Origin: Mytilus edulis
Taxonomy: Eukaryota
Reading direction: 5' to 3'
Assembly (NCBI RefSeq): GCF_963676685.1
Contig: NC_092344.1
Span: 31,620,001 to 31,684,000, forward strand
DNA length: 64,000 nucleotides
The notes beneath the pieces were generated by a model that saw only the letters and a program-made list of their open reading frames with translations, made no database searches and had not been told where the DNA came from. Made by a program: the position numbers and the translations under genes. Of the stretch, positions 34,601 to 46,690 are shown piece after piece. Every line of letters begins with the position of its first letter. Position 1 is the first letter of the stretch.

Positions 34601-37600
34601 ATGCATATGTGTCTTTGAAAATGTTATATGATGATCGCCGAATATGTTTGAGGTGGCAGACCATATATGAAAAGGGGAAGTTCAAGATAAGCTATTAACC
34701 CTGGAAATCAGAGGCTAATGCTATCATACGATTACAATAAGTCTGTAAACTGCAAATATGTTATCTAAGCGCAGCGAAATCTGCCATAAATCAAGCGACT
34801 AACCCTGGATATCAGAAGTTGTCGCTACCAACGCAAAGTTTACATGTTTGAATGTAGATTTCTTTCCAAGTTATCCATTCAATTTCTATATGCATGCAAG
34901 TCCACTCCTCGCCCAGGATTCGTCTTTTTTCTTGAATGACCGTCTCGTCATTAAAACTTTTGTACATCTTTCCACATTGAGTGATGGTTTAATCGATGTA
35001 GACAATACAATTCTGAAATAAACAAACAAAACAAAACAGCAGTATCTTCCGTAGGTATTGCATTCTACTAATTTGAGGGAGGGTGGGCGGGTTTTAGAAG
35101 ATAAATCCATGGCTAAAAATGCGTCTGTTTTTCCTAAATGTCGACGTCAAAGGAGGATTATGGGTAAATCAATCACTTGCAAAGATCGATAATCCAACTA
35201 GAAACCAAATACTATTACTTGACGAAGTAGTATAACGACGGACAGTGGTATGAGCACTTTTTAAGAGAAATATTGCATCGTATTTTGTCAATATTATCAG
35301 GTATACGAAGTTCTGCATACAAAGCTAGGCTATTCCAGGCGGTTTTTTCCTGGCTTGACGTGGTATTTTTATCATGGTTCGGGAGTTAACAGTTCAAAAT
35401 ATGAGCAATGCATGTTCTACATATCATGCTTTAAACAAGAATGATGTCAAAATTTACAAGAAATATGTAGAAATTCATTTGGTTTCATCTAAGACCGATC
35501 AGTTTGGTAGAAGGTTAACTATACACATTCCTGCGCACTTAGGCAATTTGTCCAGTGGCTTTTATTGCTTTACTATTTGCCAGATAGACTTGTAGTAGGT
35601 GGACCGCTATTTTGTCTTTTGATGGTTAGCTAGTTTGACTAAATACCAATTTTCTGCAATACTCAAAATATCTATACATGCTTTAGGTATTAAATATTCT
35701 CGTTGTTCTTCTCTTTGTAAAATACACCCCATCTTCTGCTAGAGACTCGTGTTTAGCTTTTATGTAGGGATATCGAATGTAGCATCCATGCTTTGTCATG
35801 TGGACAACAATGGAGCTGTTTAACAGACGCCTGCACTTGTCCATACATTACAATTCCCATTGTTTGAAGACCGTCATTGCAGTCTGGGCAATAAAACTTG
35901 AGACCAAATCAAGTTGTATCAGGCAAATCAATATATAACCTTGACATAAATTGAACAAACTGATAATGAAAGTAACCTAGTTTGATATTTTATATATATC
36001 ATTTCCCACTGTGCACTATAATATAGCTGAGAGGATCTTCAAATCTTCGCATTATATCAATGCGATTCTTCACCTTAGAGATAGTTAATCCATCAGTAAA
36101 AACAAACCTACCATCAAATGTTCGCTCTTCCCGGTCGTTGTCTTGCTTCCAAAAACACATTCTTAATAATTGACGACCAAACAATCCAAACCCTTATAGG
36201 AGAAACAGCAACATATACACAATTAAATGGGAATTCGTATAATTATGTAACGCAAATATGCACCCGCTTTCAAACGACCTAAATATTTTTATTGGATAAT
36301 CCATCAACGACACATGCTATCTCCATATATATATATAGGAAGATGTGGTATGAGTGCCAAGAGACAAATCTCCATCCAAGTCACAATTTATAGAAGAAAA
36401 CCATTATAGGTCCATACCTATGTTGAATGTAGAATTATTGTGTACGTCCTTATGAATAAGAATAAAAACGAGAAAGAGAAAAAGAAAAACGATTTAAATT
36501 GTAGACTTTTATTAAACGGACAGTGTCCACGAAAAATAAATTTACCACTATCATCATTGCTATTTAAAAACGACTGTCATCTTTTGAAAATCATGACAAG
36601 CCGTGAAAATGTCGAATTCCGCAGTCAAATTATATTAAAACACAAAAAGATTTTTGGAACGTGTGAGTCTTATAAAGTTTTTTGGTATTTAGACATATGA
36701 TGGAAATTGGCTGCTGGAATAACTGGTTACTTTCTTGATTTGCTGCTAAAGGTGGCTGCTTCATATAACTTTAGCTCATTTGAGATTTTCAAAGTTTAAG
36801 TGGTGATCCGTTATAAGGGATATATCAATATATCGTTGGAACGGATTTATAATCTCATTCTGTGAGAACGGATTTAACAAATATACAGCATTTTCCTTCC
36901 CTGGCTACGTAACAGATAGAAACTATCGTGATCAATTTATATTTTCATTGTGAAAATGTATTGCAAGTAATATATTTATCATTACTTTGCATAAAAGTGG
37001 ATTGTGGATATTTGTCGAAGAGATAGTAACCGAATGATGAAAATAATCAAAATAATTACTTGTAAATGAGAGACGAAATATACCAATGAAAGAGACATTC
37101 AAACTCATAAGTAAAAAATAAACTGACATTACAATGGCTAAAAAAGCAAAAAAAAAAAAAAAGCAGAAAAACGGCAGTAAACAAAACACATCATAGAAAA
37201 CTAATGCCTGAGTAAGCAACACGAACCCCAGCAAAAACGCAGGTGATATCAGGTGCTCAGGAAGTGTAAGCTGATCCTGCTTCACATGTGGCATCCATCA
37301 TGGTGATCGTGTACTAAGTAAAAAATCGTTTCAATAATAAGTCTATTTCGTTAATTAGTCTCATTCGGAAAATATTACCATACGTAGCCCTAACTCGAAT
37401 TATTCTGCGCCCTCTAGCGGCCTATAGTCTATCGAGGTGTAGCAATCGGAGATTAGACGGAGATCGGCGGAATATAACGACTGAAACTATTCGTGTTAAC
37501 GTAGCCCGTGAAGACAATAATATACTTTTAAAATATACGAAATTGCGTACAACATTTACATTTAAATTTTATTGTAATCTGACAATTTTCTCACACCTTC

Positions 37601-39555
37601 CAATAAAAAAATATTCATGATCTTATATTTCGTGTTCCTAAACAAAATATAACATGGAACTGAACAAGTTCGATTTTGATGCTATTCATTTTCTTTTATT
37701 AGGAGGATGTAACCAACCACCTAAGTTACAAGATGGAATGGAATGTGTGTTTGAATCTAAAGATGGCAGAACATCCGTCCGGTATACTTTACTAGCCAAG
37801 CAGAATGTTGATACAGTTGATCATTGTCCCGTGTCATACTGTCAAGGACAAAACTACTGGAGCATGTTCAATGCCTCTTTATCAGGTATGCTCTATACGA
37901 ATAAGAGACAGCAACGGCCCAATGAACGCTATGCTATACGTTTTGGGAATTATTTTACGAACCAAACAAAATATTGATATAGTTGATCATTGTCCCAAAA
38001 AGTGTTCAAAAGGGTTTCATCAGGACTGGTATGTTATATACTAAAAATAGACAGAAATAGCCCAATGAACGCTAAAATATGTATTCTGGGATATTAGCTG
38101 CCATATTCATGTTGTCAAAAGTGTATTACTCGTATAAAGAAAACTGAAGCCAGCTATTCCATGGTTACGTCTTGTAATTATAGATTTTCTCGCTTGAGCT
38201 GGTACGGCGAAAGCATGAAAAGCAATCGAATTGAGATGACCAATGATAATCTGTTTATCGCTATTTTACCTATGACGACGTTGTCAATTTCATGTCAATC
38301 TGGTTAGCAACGCCACGTGCCTCCTTAGTTTTAGCGATAATTTTTCATCTCAAGCGAGAAGCATATGAAAAATTATCACAAAAAAAAAGATCAAATTAAA
38401 ATTGCACAAACTAGCGATAAAGTTATTTCTCTAATTCTTATACGACATCCTTTTCTTGACCGGTTGGTTATTTTCTATTTCTCTACTTTTCTTTGTTAAT
38501 TTTTATATTTCATGATCAGCGATGTGAGTAAAGTATTTGTCATCACAGCAAATGAATGGTAGAAATTTAATTATTACGTTACATTTTCTGAATTTCCTAT
38601 TTTGAAGTCATGAAAAAAGGCGATCATGTCTGATGTCATCACATATACAGAAAACAACTTTCTGCAATTCTTTGAAAAACGCATGATAAAAATCAAGAAA
38701 CAGATTGAAATTTCAACAGTTAAATTATAATTATTGAAAAAGCTAGACAAGCCTCGCGATTTGAATATTAAAGTTTAACTGTCTCCAGTGGAGAAATATC
38801 ATAACATTCTTATTGCAGTGATGAAATTTAATATTTTATCAACGTGTAATTTGTAATTTGTTAAATCTCTGTTCTTCATTGGTCAATATTCAATTATGAC
38901 GAACAATTGTCTTGCTTTCCTCTGCATTTCCTAATGTGACGTCATGAATAAAGGCGACCATGCCTGATGACGTCGTCTAGAAAGAACACATCTGGTTAAG
39001 TAATGAAGATATAACTCAGAACTACAGTTGCAAGATCAAGATATCAATACCTGTTTTATAATTATTGAGTTTAATAATTATTTCACAATTACCATCAATG
39101 CGCCAAAACGCTTGGCCTATACCGGTCGCCGGAGACTGCGGTGTAAGCACATCACTATAATTAAACGTAGAACATAACAGTACCATCACCACATTTTAAT
39201 ACACTAACAATATAATAGACAGTAACTGTTGTATAATATCTCAAAGTCAACGCAACCAACGTCTATTATACACATTGAATACATTATTTTTTTCACAGCA
39301 AATGAATGTTACGCAACCGGTTCCTATGGTGCGGTATATAACGGAAAGATTACATGTACAGTAACTGGTCGCACCTGTCAAAGATGGGACCGTGATTATC
39401 CACAAAAAAGGAATAGGAAACATATACCATCAAATTCTGATGATCTCCATAGTAACTACTGCCGGGATCCAGGACCTCCGTACGACGGTAAACCATGGTG
39501 TTATACAACAGATCCTAAAGTCAGATGGGAATTTTGTCACGTACCACTTTGTTGA
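31684..39555 (+). CDS. Type II membrane protein with Thr-rich stalk, degenerate CCP/sushi-like module and one C-terminal kringle (270 aa); exons 31684-31891, 32849-33013, 37703-37885, 39299-39555
   Basis: All introns are GT-AG and phase 1, giving an open frame. TM WFFGGLAIGMLISIVICLVAGTILF; kringle signature CY..YNG..CQRW..NYCRDP..PWCYTTDP..RWEFC.VP.C then TGA. Confidence 0.85.
34450..34565. repeat. ~38-bp tandem repeat, 3 copies
   Basis: GATATGATAT(AT)GTACTATTATATGAAATGCAATTTGT repeated. Confidence 0.85.
35290..35700 (+). mobile_element. Degenerate tyrosine recombinase fragment, DIRS-like
   Basis: VRELT...VSSKTDQFG (ORF 35374-35595), followed out of frame by GPLFC and LTKYQFSAILK. Confidence 0.6.
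35990..36195 (-). pseudogene. Degenerate SGNH-like ORF fragment of the kind associated with DIRS elements
   Basis: VWIVWSSIIK...ARQRPG, then (frameshifted) DPLSYIIVHSG, resembling SGNH blocks I and III. Confidence 0.4.
37407..37421 (-). promoter_or_regulatory. CTCF-like motif GCCGCTAGAGGGCGC
   Basis: Close match to the CTCF core CCASYAGRKGGCRS within a GC-rich patch of an AT-rich intron. Confidence 0.4.
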
Positions 39556-40260
39556 ATATTGTTATTGTAAAAACTCAAGATGTAGAAAATTGGTGTATTT
39601 CGTGAGAAAATGTGGACTTCACGTCAAAATGTTTGTACAGTTAATTTTTTTTTTTTTTTCAGTTTGAGAATAATTGTTTTCGTTTTTCATGAAGTTTGGA
39701 TATTACATGTTATCGTATACTTTCTATTTAAGAAAAACAACATTATAAATCAAATGTTCAATGTACATTTTATTCAGTGTATGCCGTCTTCACAACCAAA
39801 AGAACTTTTACAATGATATTTTTTCATCTGTTATTTGTATTAATTATGTATTATACGTTATAATATATTTAAGTAAATTAAAACATATTATAAACTTCAG
39901 AATTATAAAGATTGCAAGTTTCTAGGAGATCCGTAGATGGTCTGATACTAAACCATTTTTCTATCTGTATTCAAACAGAACCTATATTTGCATTGGCAAA
40001 ATTCCCGTCCTACTTTCCGTACAGTTCTTATCTATTTTTTTTATGGTTGTGTGGGTTTTTTTTCAGAACACGGCTCCTTAAACCAGTTGTTATTCTTTCT
40101 TTTTTACAAATATGTGAGTCCCCTTAAACCTACAACAGTTACTTGCCACTCATAATTGATGGTGATACCGGGGAACTCGGAAATGGAATGATAATTACAG
40201 TGTGAAGTATATCCGTGTATTAAAGTTCGAAAGAAGCTTAACAATTGGGTATTGTTAATA

Positions 40261-41538
40261 CCCCAGTCCCACTAGGCCACGATCGCACTACGATCTGTGA
40301 AAAAAATGCAAATTTTAATGATCGTAATACGATCGTGTAGATCGCAGTAAGTCGTATCACGGTCGTGGTGAAGTCTTCAAGATCGTGATGAGCGTGGCAA
40401 TTCAAAACAATCGTGGTGCGGTCGTGACGAAATCAGGTCGTAGTAGAAGCTACGCTTCCACTACGACTATACCACGCTGTTCACGACCATAGTACGATAT
40501 TAGCACGCCCTTGCCGTCCTCATCACGCTCCTCTTACGACCTGACTACGTTCATACTACGACCATTATTCTCATTGTCATTTCCCCATAAAATATATTAA
40601 TTCTCTCCAGGTTTTGTTTGTCTGTATTTAATTGGAACTTCTTGTCCATTTTCTCTAACGGCTCAACCATGCTTCTTGTTTTCATATAGATTAGACCATT
40701 GGTTTTCCCGTTTGAATTGTTTTACACAGTAATTTTGGGGGCCTTTTATATCTTGCTGTTCGGTGTAAGCCAAGGCTCCGTGTTGAAGGCCGTATCTTGG
40801 CCTATAATTGTTACTTTAAAAAATTGTTACTTGGATTGAGAGTTGTCTCATTGGCACTCATACCGCATCTTCTTATATATGACACATCTGTTTCATATCT
40901 GCTATCGTTCACTAAACTATCGTCATTTCAGCTTTATGGACCAGCAATAGGTTGTAACTTAGGCCGGATTGGTCGGTCCGACATCTCTACTTGATCAAGA
41001 TTCGTTACTATCAGTGCTCTATTTGCCTCTACATCAACCCTAACACCACGCCCACGTGTTCTAGTAGATTTTGGTGGAATGACTGTATTTTTTTTCTTGG
41101 AGAAATCTACGTATTAATCAAAAATAAAACTGAAGGAATGATACTGTATTGATAGGGAACACGATGTTGACGTTATTGCTGAGAGCGTAGTAAGATCGCG
41201 GTTTGAACGTAACTGTAATCGTGGTAAGAACGTGCTATAATCGCAGTAGAAGCGTGGTAAGATCGTGTTGCAATCGGATAACTCGTGGTATGGTCGTAGT
41301 GAGAACATGAGGAGCGTAGAAAGAGCTTGATAATCGTAGTAAGTTCGCAGAATAGCGCGGTGAGAATGTGTTATAATCGTAGCGGGATCGTTGTATAAGC
41401 GTAAAGAGGACGTAGTAGCATCGAGAAAGCAACAAAAATTTACATTTTCATGCCGCTCATACCGCGACCTCACCACGATCTGAATTTAATTTAGATCGCG
41501 GTGAGCGTGGTGCGATCGTGGTCTAGTGGGACTGGGGC
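40261..41538. mobile_element. Non-autonomous TIR element (Harbinger-like) with nested SINE-like repeat at 40688-40880
   Basis: CCCCAGTCCCACTAGGCCACGATCGCAC ... GTGCGATCGTGGTCTAGTGGGACTGGGG; many internal (C/T)ACGAT motifs in both orientations. Confidence 0.8.
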
Positions 41539-42099
41539 TTAATTTGTCAATATACTAGAAGTCTTTTATCAATCAACTTCTGTTGAATCCGGCTAAGAAA
41601 AGATAATCATTGTACCAAGAAATACAAAGGTTGAGCTTACCTTTATATGAATGCCTGCAAGTATTGCCTTATCAGCATATACGATTGCATTAACAATACA
41701 AGTAATGCAGAATATCGTTATAATTATTGTTCTGTGTTTTTGTTTTAGTGGGTTGCCGAAGTTCATTTCAGTTTTCTAAAGAAATTTTGTTTTAAGGGCA
41801 TTCCATACGAAGGTGTTTGGAAAAACAAGCATGTTGTTTGAAATTTAAAAATAGGGCGTTTTTAAATAATACCTCGTCTTTCAATACTGACAATACTGAT
41901 TCGTCAAGTTTTTGACAGAAAATAGTTGCTGTCTTAAATAAGCTGATTCATCTATGTTTACAAATTATCTCGATTGAAGGAAATACCAAAGTAAATATTT
42001 TAATTGATTTACACGTGTAACCATAAGTGATGCAACTAATCAACACGGAATCAAATAAACAATAGATAAACAATCATCAGAGGTGATATTTGGGCCATA

Positions 42100-43232
42100 A
42101 ACAGGTGTAAAGTACAATCACAAAATTACTGAACTCCGAGGAAAATTCAAAATGGAAAGTCCCTAATCAAACGGCAAAATCAAAAACACAAACACATCAA
42201 ACGAATGGACAACAACTGTCATATTCCTGACTTGGTACAGTCATCTTCTTATGTAGAAAAGCGTGGAACAAACCTGGTTTTATAGCTAGCTTAACCTCTC
42301 ACTTGTATGACAGTCGTATAAAACTCAATTATATTTACAACGATGTGGAAACAAAACAAATAGACATAAGCAAAAATATCAAAAATAAGGGTACAGTAGT
42401 CAACGTTGTGTTATTATCTTAATCACTATAAAACAAACAGATATATAAACAAACATTTGCAATGACACTACAATACAATCAATGACAGGATGTATAAGTA
42501 CATAGTCACGTCACATGCAAGAAAATATAAAGAGTCACACAGACAGCGCACATTATCAAAAACGAAAGACAAGAATAAAGAATTTATTATTGAACAGTAA
42601 CACAGTGACGGGATATATAAGTACAGAGCCACGTCATATGTAACCAGGAAACACAAAAAGGCATAAAGAAAACGCATATAATCAAAAATGAAAGACAAGA
42701 ATATAAAAATTATCATAAAACAATAACAGGGTGTATAAGTACAGAGCCCCGTCTAATGGATACTACCAAAAGAACAAACTAAACACTTCAAGTAGTATTC
42801 ATAAAGACAAATACAAGAATACTATAACACATTATTAAGATGATAAACAACGACGTCAGCACCCTATATACCGCAAAACCATCATGTATTATTTGTGAAG
42901 TTGAAACGGGATATTTATCAACAAGGTCTTGGTACCTTCCAATTAACTGTTTTAGAAAAAGGACGAGACGTTCTTTGACATACCACTGGTTCATCAACGT
43001 TCTGCTACGACTCTGGCAACGTTTTTACAAAATTTGAGTAGTTGCTGTAGGCTCTTGAATACCGAATAAGTTGGTAAATGTATATCCCATATGCATGTGA
43101 AGTTGTTGTATTGCTACTAAGATAGAAGAAGTTGATAATCTTAAAATTAAAATCTTTCGTTTTTCATTGATTCTGGTATCTTGTATGTCAAATTCGAGAT
43201 ATAGGTAAAAATTGATGCAGAGGAAGTCGTTC
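42100..43232 (-). mobile_element. Degenerate PLE 3' part (RT thumb plus 3' region with ~120-bp tandem repeats)
   Basis: DFNFKIINF..LSSN..AYGIYIYQLIRYSRA and ORF 42788-42997 (GRYQDLVDKY). The 3' segment recurs at 16640-16800 and 58920-59240. Confidence 0.7.
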
Positions 43233-46089
43233 TGTTATAGATATATTAAAAAAGCTACTAATGTAATATTAAAATTAGAATTAATTTTTAACATATAAAA
43301 AGCAAGCCCAGTATGAGTTTGTCTTGTCGTACCAAAAGTTATAAGTAGATACAATGAACACTTCGTCATTCTACATCATCATCAGAATTCTGACATTGTA
43401 ATTTTATATTAAAAATAAAGGATTGAAAGTCACACAGTTTTTAAGGATTAAACTTGTAAAATCTGTCTGAAAATATATACGTATATATTTACAGGTTAAA
43501 CGCGTTATTGATGTTCTATATCCTGTATAGATATTATGTCCCGGTAGATGTAGTGAAAATCTAAATTGAGATCTTTGATGATCTAGGTTTGGAAAACAGT
43601 TGTTATATTCCGGACGACCGTGAAATACATGGGTAATACCACCAACGGAAACCACGAAAGTAAGTTCCCAATGAATACAAGTACTTTCACAGAGGTTTAC
43701 CGTACGTCCTCTTACAATTAAAAAAAACCATACCTTATAACTACATGTAGCACTAAGAGCCCCAACATAAAATCATTTAAACAATTAAACAAGTTCAAGC
43801 TCTTAAATTTGACAAGCATATTGATTGTGGTGGGGAAGCCGGAATAAACATGTTTGTAAGCCCCCTTAACTTCCAACAGTGGTGTTACAGCGGAAAATAA
43901 GAAAAACTGTAAAAAATTCATTCTAAATGGCTTTACTAAAAAGATTGGGACTATTTACATACACCCCAACTTACATAAAACAATTATAGATACAAAATAT
44001 CGATATTAGAGTACTCGGGTTATTGAAAGCCAGCTCAAAGTCGAATACAACTAATAAATAAAGTTTGTTAAATACTACACTTAAGTTTCAAGCAGTACAA
44101 CGTTGTATTGAGATGAAATTTGTTTCCCTATTTTGAAATATCTATTTTTTAAGCTTGACGAAGATATACAAAATATACGAATATACAAATCTCAGTCTGA
44201 ATAAAGTCCGAGATTTAAAAAGAATTGTCTTATCTTCCAAAAGTAAAAAGTTATAATTCGATTTTTTTGCATTGTTTTAACCGCAAAACTATAAATGTAT
44301 CTTTATCAATTGATTTTTCGTGTGAAATATTAAGCAGTTTTTAAAGATTCAATGAAAATTCATTCACTGAAACTATATCTTTTTTTTTGTGATTGTTTAC
44401 ATAATGATATCAAATAGGAAGCATAAGTTTAAAAACAAATCATCAAAATTAAGTACACCTTGCGTAGGGTCGGACAATGTTGCAGAGTGATACATATCAA
44501 TAATTTCGGAAGAACAAAAACAAAAAAAGGGGGGATGGTCTTCTAGCGATAGGATCATATGTTTTTGAAAAGAACGATTAATGAAGGGTATCCAATTAAA
44601 TTTAATGACATCCTGATGTAATATATGATATTATCTACTTTGCTCAAATATTTTTGAATTAAATGACAAAACCAGTCAATTTTTTTACATCCTGAAGTAA
44701 AGTGTAATATATATATATATATATATTTAATTTAAAAGTGATTCGAGAAAATACTAATAAATCTTCTACGCCGTGTTTTGCGTTCTGCACTTATGAATAT
44801 TTTCGATTTACCTGATAACATAACGGTCTATTTTTTCATATCATGAAGTAAAAAGTAAAATAAGTTTTTTATACTTTAAAAGTTGACTAGAGAAAAAATC
44901 CATGGATCTTCTACGCTGTGTTTTGCATTCTGCTCTTCTGAATTTATTAATCAGCAGTAAGTATTTATCAGCTTTTACACCGAACGTCTACCACTTACCC
45001 TGAAGAAGTAATTTATAACATAAACACAATATAATTTTGGTCTCTTGTGGACCGTTGTCTCATTGGCAATCATATCACATCTTCTTTTTTATAGGAATAT
45101 ATATATGCAATAGTTTAAATACATTGCAAACTATTATGTTTGTTTTGCATTTTTGTTAGTCTCCTAACGGTCTTGTTTAAATCATGCATTGTTTTTATTA
45201 TATTTTATAAGCTGTGTGGTATGTTATTCCACTTATAATTGTAATAAATACGCCATTTAATGAACATATTTTATAAGGTTTCTCTTACGGAAGTTATATA
45301 TATCTTACTTCTTATTTGCTTAATATAAAACGGCAGAATTTCCATACATTTTCAGAACGAGAAGAAATTCTTCAAGAACTAATGTTTCTATCTATGAAGA
45401 CATTTTCTCACCAAAGTTTTTTAAAGTAATTATCGAGGGGGTCTTTCAGCTAATTGGTCATATGTTATTGAAAGGTATGATCAATGTAGATTAGTTAATT
45501 AACTTTTATGACATCCTGGTGTATACCTGAAATTATGTACTATTCTCAAATATTTTCGAGTCACTTACCAAACACATTCTATTTATTCATTTCCTGTTGA
45601 ATGATATATAAGTTTGCTTAATTTAAAGTTGATTAGAAAACAAATTCATGGATCTGTTTTGCCGTGTTTTGCATTCTGTTTTTCTGAATTTAGTATTCAA
45701 CAGTAAGTTTTGATCAGATGTTACCCCGAACGTTTGTCAATTACCTTAATAACTAATAACTTACATGTGAGAATGTCAAATTAACAACAACCCAACTAAA
45801 GATCAGAATATATATATTGAATTGTGAATAAACTAAAATAATATTTTTTGCGTACTTCAATAGCTGCCAATCTGACATAGATAAAGATTTGATATTTTTC
45901 AGTTTTGGGAGTTTATGGTGAATACTGCTACTACGTCTATTCCTACACATATTTTTATACATAATATGAATGTGATAGTACAGGAAATTAGTAAGTAACA
46001 TTTCATCGTCTAAATGACTATTTAAACTTTTCATATACCGGTTAGATGTTTTATTCTACAGGAATTTACTGAAATGTCCATGTCAATAT

Positions 46090-46157
46090 TTATCAAAGGT
46101 ACCAGGCTTATCTTTTGTTACGCCAGACGCGCATTTCGTCTACACAAGAGTCATCAA
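46090..46157 (-). ncRNA. Truncated, mutated type I hammerhead (retrozyme-like fragment)
   Basis: Minus strand reads TTGATGA CTCT TGTGT AGAC GAAA TGCGCG TC TGGCGT, followed by CCTGGTACCTTTGATAA as at 63658-63675. Confidence 0.7.
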
Positions 46158-46196
46158 TAATAGCATTTATCCGTGACAAGATGCAAAATTGTCGAC

Positions 46197-46690
46197 AAGG
46201 CATTCCCATGAAAGCCTGCTGTGCCCCTCTTCTTGTCGCCTTTATCCTTTATTCTTATGAGGCATACAGAAAATTCTTGTGAAAAAGAAAGGTATCATAA
46301 AACGTTACCTTCTGCTATGTAGATGATGTTCTCTCACTAAATAATTTAAAATCTAATGACGATGTTGAACGCATTTATCTAATCTAACAAGAAAGGATAA
46401 AGGATACATCAGATACTGTTAAGTCCGTCTCATATCTTAATTTACATCTAGGAATTTACTATGAGGGTCGGTTGAAAACTTTACGACAAAAGAGGAGATT
46501 CCATCTTTCCAATTGTGAATTTTCCATTTTTATGTAGCAACATTTTAGCACCGCCTTCATACGGAGTATATATATTTTCAATTGATATGATATTTCCGGG
46601 CTGGTATTTCTTATCATGATTTCCTTGATAGCGGGTCATAAGGAAGCTTTAAACCAAGAATTCTAAATGGCGAAGTTGAAATCATACAGT
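46197..46690 (+). mobile_element. Degenerate PLE RT fragment in intron 2 of copy 3
   Basis: Collinear with 51378-51890 (GIPM, YVDDV, FPIVNFPFL) with stops and frameshifts. Confidence 0.8.
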
